Below, piece after piece: positions 60,844-64,000 of a stretch of 64,000 bases of DNA (the first letter of the stretch is position 1; each line of letters begins with the position of its first letter). The stretch covers positions 288,001 through 352,000 of the forward strand of contig CAVUQH010000004.1 of assembly GCA_963743525.1 (NCBI GenBank). Direction: 5' to 3'. The stretch comes from an uncultured delta proteobacterium (GTDB lineage: Bacteria; Myxococcota_A; Polyangia; Haliangiales; Haliangiaceae). The notes beneath the pieces are model-generated. The model saw only the letters and a program-made list of their open reading frames with translations. It was not told the origin of the DNA and did not search any database. The translations under genes were made by a program, and so were the position numbers.

Positions 60844-61484
60844 CTACCAGCGGGTGCCGACGACGACGCCGCGCAGAGCGAAGGCGATCAGCTCATCGAC
60901 GATGGACTCGATGGCCGGAGGGGCCTGGTCCTGGATGACGTGCTCGATGATCCCGCGGACCGCTCCGAGCAATGCCGAGGCCACCAGGCCGGTGTCGCAG
61001 GGCCGGATCAGCCCCATCTGGATGCCGTGATCCAGGGACGACCGAATCAGATCCAGCACGTGGGCGAAGAACGCATCGACCCGCTGCATCGCCTCGGCGT
61101 CCGAGCCCATCGAGTGGCGCAGGAGCAGGCGCGAGAAGTGCGGGTCGCCGAGGACGAACTCCATCACCCGGACCAGGCTGCCGCGCAGCTGCACCGGCGG
61201 GGGATCGGCGCCCTCGGAGACGTCGATGCGGCGGATGCGCGCGCGCAGCTCGACCAGGGCCTCCTCGAGGATCGACTCGAAGACCTTGTGCTTCGACTCG
61301 AAGTACAGATAGAAGGTCCCGCGCGCGATGCCGGCCCGACCGATGATGTCGTTGATCGACGCGTTGTGGTAGCCGCGCTCGGCGAACACTTCCTTGGCCG
61401 CGGCCAGGATCTGGCTGCGGCGCTGGCGGCGCATCCGCTCGGCGCGATCGAGGCCGGCGTCGGCCGTGGACGAGACCGCCACGC

Positions 61485-61488
<4 letters not shown>
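60844..61488 (-). CDS. TetR/AcrR family transcriptional regulator
   Basis: ILAAA..VFAERGY..SINDI..AGIARGTFYLYF.SK. Confidence 0.95.
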
Positions 61489-62678
<1,190 letters not shown>

Positions 62679-62821
62679 CCGGTCTCTAATGCTGAACGGA
62701 AGATCAGACGGAGGCCCGACCCACGCAAGTAACACTATCGCGACTTCGCGGCAAGCGCGAAACGAACGCAGGAGATTGCCGCGCCGAGTCGAAGATCCCG
62801 GAACAGCGTACGATTCGCCTC

Positions 62822-63766
62822 ATGAGAGCCGATCGACCTCTCCGTCCCGTGCATACCTTCAGCATCGTCGCCCGCGATCCCGGCACCGGCGAGCTGGGCG
62901 TGGCCGTGCAGTCGCACTGGTTCAGCGTCGGTCAGGTGGTGACCTGGGCCGAGGCCGGGGTCGGCGCCGTCGCCACCCAGTCGATGGCCGAGCCGGCCTA
63001 CGGCTTGCGCGGGCTGGCGCTGATGAAGCGCGGCCTGGGCGCCGAACAGGCGCTGGCGGCGCTGACCTCGCAAGACTCGGCCGCCGCCGTGCGCCAGGTG
63101 GCGTTCGTCGACGCCGGCGGCGCGGTCGCCGCGCACACCGGAGACGGCTGCATCCACTCGGCCGGACATCATCTGGGCGACGGCTACAGCGTGCAGGCCA
63201 ATATGATGATCAACGATCAGGTGGTGCCGGCGATGGCCGAGGCATTCGAAGCCGCGCGCGGACCGCTGCCCGAGCGAATGGTCGCGGCGCTGAGCGGCGG
63301 GCAACACGCCGGCGGTGACATTCGCGGCCGCCAGTCCGCGGCGATCCTCGTGGTCAAGGGGACGTCGACCGGCCAACCGTGGAACGACGGCGTGGTCGAG
63401 CTGCGGGTCGAGGACGACGCCCAGCCGATCGCCGAGCTGACCCGGCTGCTCACCTTGCACCGCGCCTACGAACAGATGAACCTGGGCGACGCCGCGGTGG
63501 CACAGCAGGACATGAAGACGGCCGCGGGCCACTACCGCGCTGCCGCCGAGCTGGCGCCGGACAACCTCGAGATGGTCTTCTGGCACGGCGTGTCGATGGC
63601 GACCAACGATCGGGTCGCCGACTCGATCCCGCTGTTTCGCCGCGTCTTCGCCGCCGACGGCAACTGGGCCGAGCTGCTCCGCCGCCTGTTCAAGCCCGGC
63701 ATATTTCCCGACACCGCCGAGGGTCACGCCCTGGTCGATCGGATCCTCAGCGAGAGCGGCGAGTAG
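62822..63766 (+). CDS. DUF1028 (Ntn-hydrolase) protein with C-terminal TPR
   Basis: TFSIVARD..GELGVAVQS, GVGAVATQ, GGDIRGRQSAA, LRVED..PI.EL.RL. Confidence 0.9.
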   Translation: MRADRPLRPVHTFSIVARDPGTGELGVAVQSHWFSVGQVVTWAEAGVGAVATQSMAEPAYGLRGLALMKRGLGAEQALAALTSQDSAAAVRQVAFVDAGGAVAAHTGDGCIHSAGHHLGDGYSVQANMMINDQVVPAMAEAFEAARGPLPERMVAALSGGQHAGGDIRGRQSAAILVVKGTSTGQPWNDGVVELRVEDDAQPIAELTRLLTLHRAYEQMNLGDAAVAQQDMKTAAGHYRAAAELAPDNLEMVFWHGVSMATNDRVADSIPLFRRVFAADGNWAELLRRLFKPGIFPDTAEGHALVDRILSESGE

Positions 63767-64000
63767 TCAGCGGCCGAGCATCGACTCGGCGGCCAGGCGC
63801 ATCTTCTGCTCCAGGCCCGGACCCGCGGCAAGCTTGAGCATCGGCCCCATGCCGACGTTGACGGAGCCCGACTCGGTGCGCAGGATCTCGCCGTCGATGG
63901 TGTAGAGCTGCTCCTCGGACTCGACCCGCAGCTTGCTGGCCGGGCGGTTGACGTAGCGGACGTCCTTGGGCACGCCGCGCTCGCCGTCACCGCGACCGAT
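63767..64000 (-). CDS. Partial CDS, probable diacylglycerol/lipid kinase family C-terminus
   Basis: YTIDGE motif in a beta-rich tail; truncated by the window edge. Confidence 0.5.
   Translation of the reverse strand: MGRGDGERGVPKDVRYVNRPASKLRVESEEQLYTIDGEILRTESGSVNVGMGPMLKLAAGPGLEQKMRLAAESMLGR

Overview
High-GC, gene-dense bacterial DNA, very probably from a myxobacterium (Myxococcota): two MYXO-CTERM-type anchors, PilZ proteins, a Ser/Thr kinase and many sigma54-type promoters. About 57 CDSs are supportable; no rRNA, tRNA, CRISPR array or transposase was seen. Housekeeping genes (tmk, yicC-gmk-rel) sit on the left. The centre (about 16.5-48.4 kb) is largely an alpha-glucan (starch/glycogen) sensing, uptake and degradation region: an SBP-kinase-sigma54 activator, a sugar ABC transporter, a surface GH15, three GH13s and CBM48/CBM21 proteins. 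Its most unusual element is a coupled CBM21 lipoprotein - PHP phosphoesterase - GH13/radical-SAM fusion operon. The right part holds a CHASE2 cyclase-SH3-M48 operon, a glutaredoxin-flanked 2OG-oxygenase pair, and a TetR-linked PlsA/PlsR-like (anaerobic ether/plasmalogen lipid) locus beside a phospholipase D. Several genes carry single-base lesions, five of them at GTCGAC. This points to motif-specific (probably methylation-linked) sequencing error rather than real pseudogenes. All calls come from reading motifs by eye; no searches were run.
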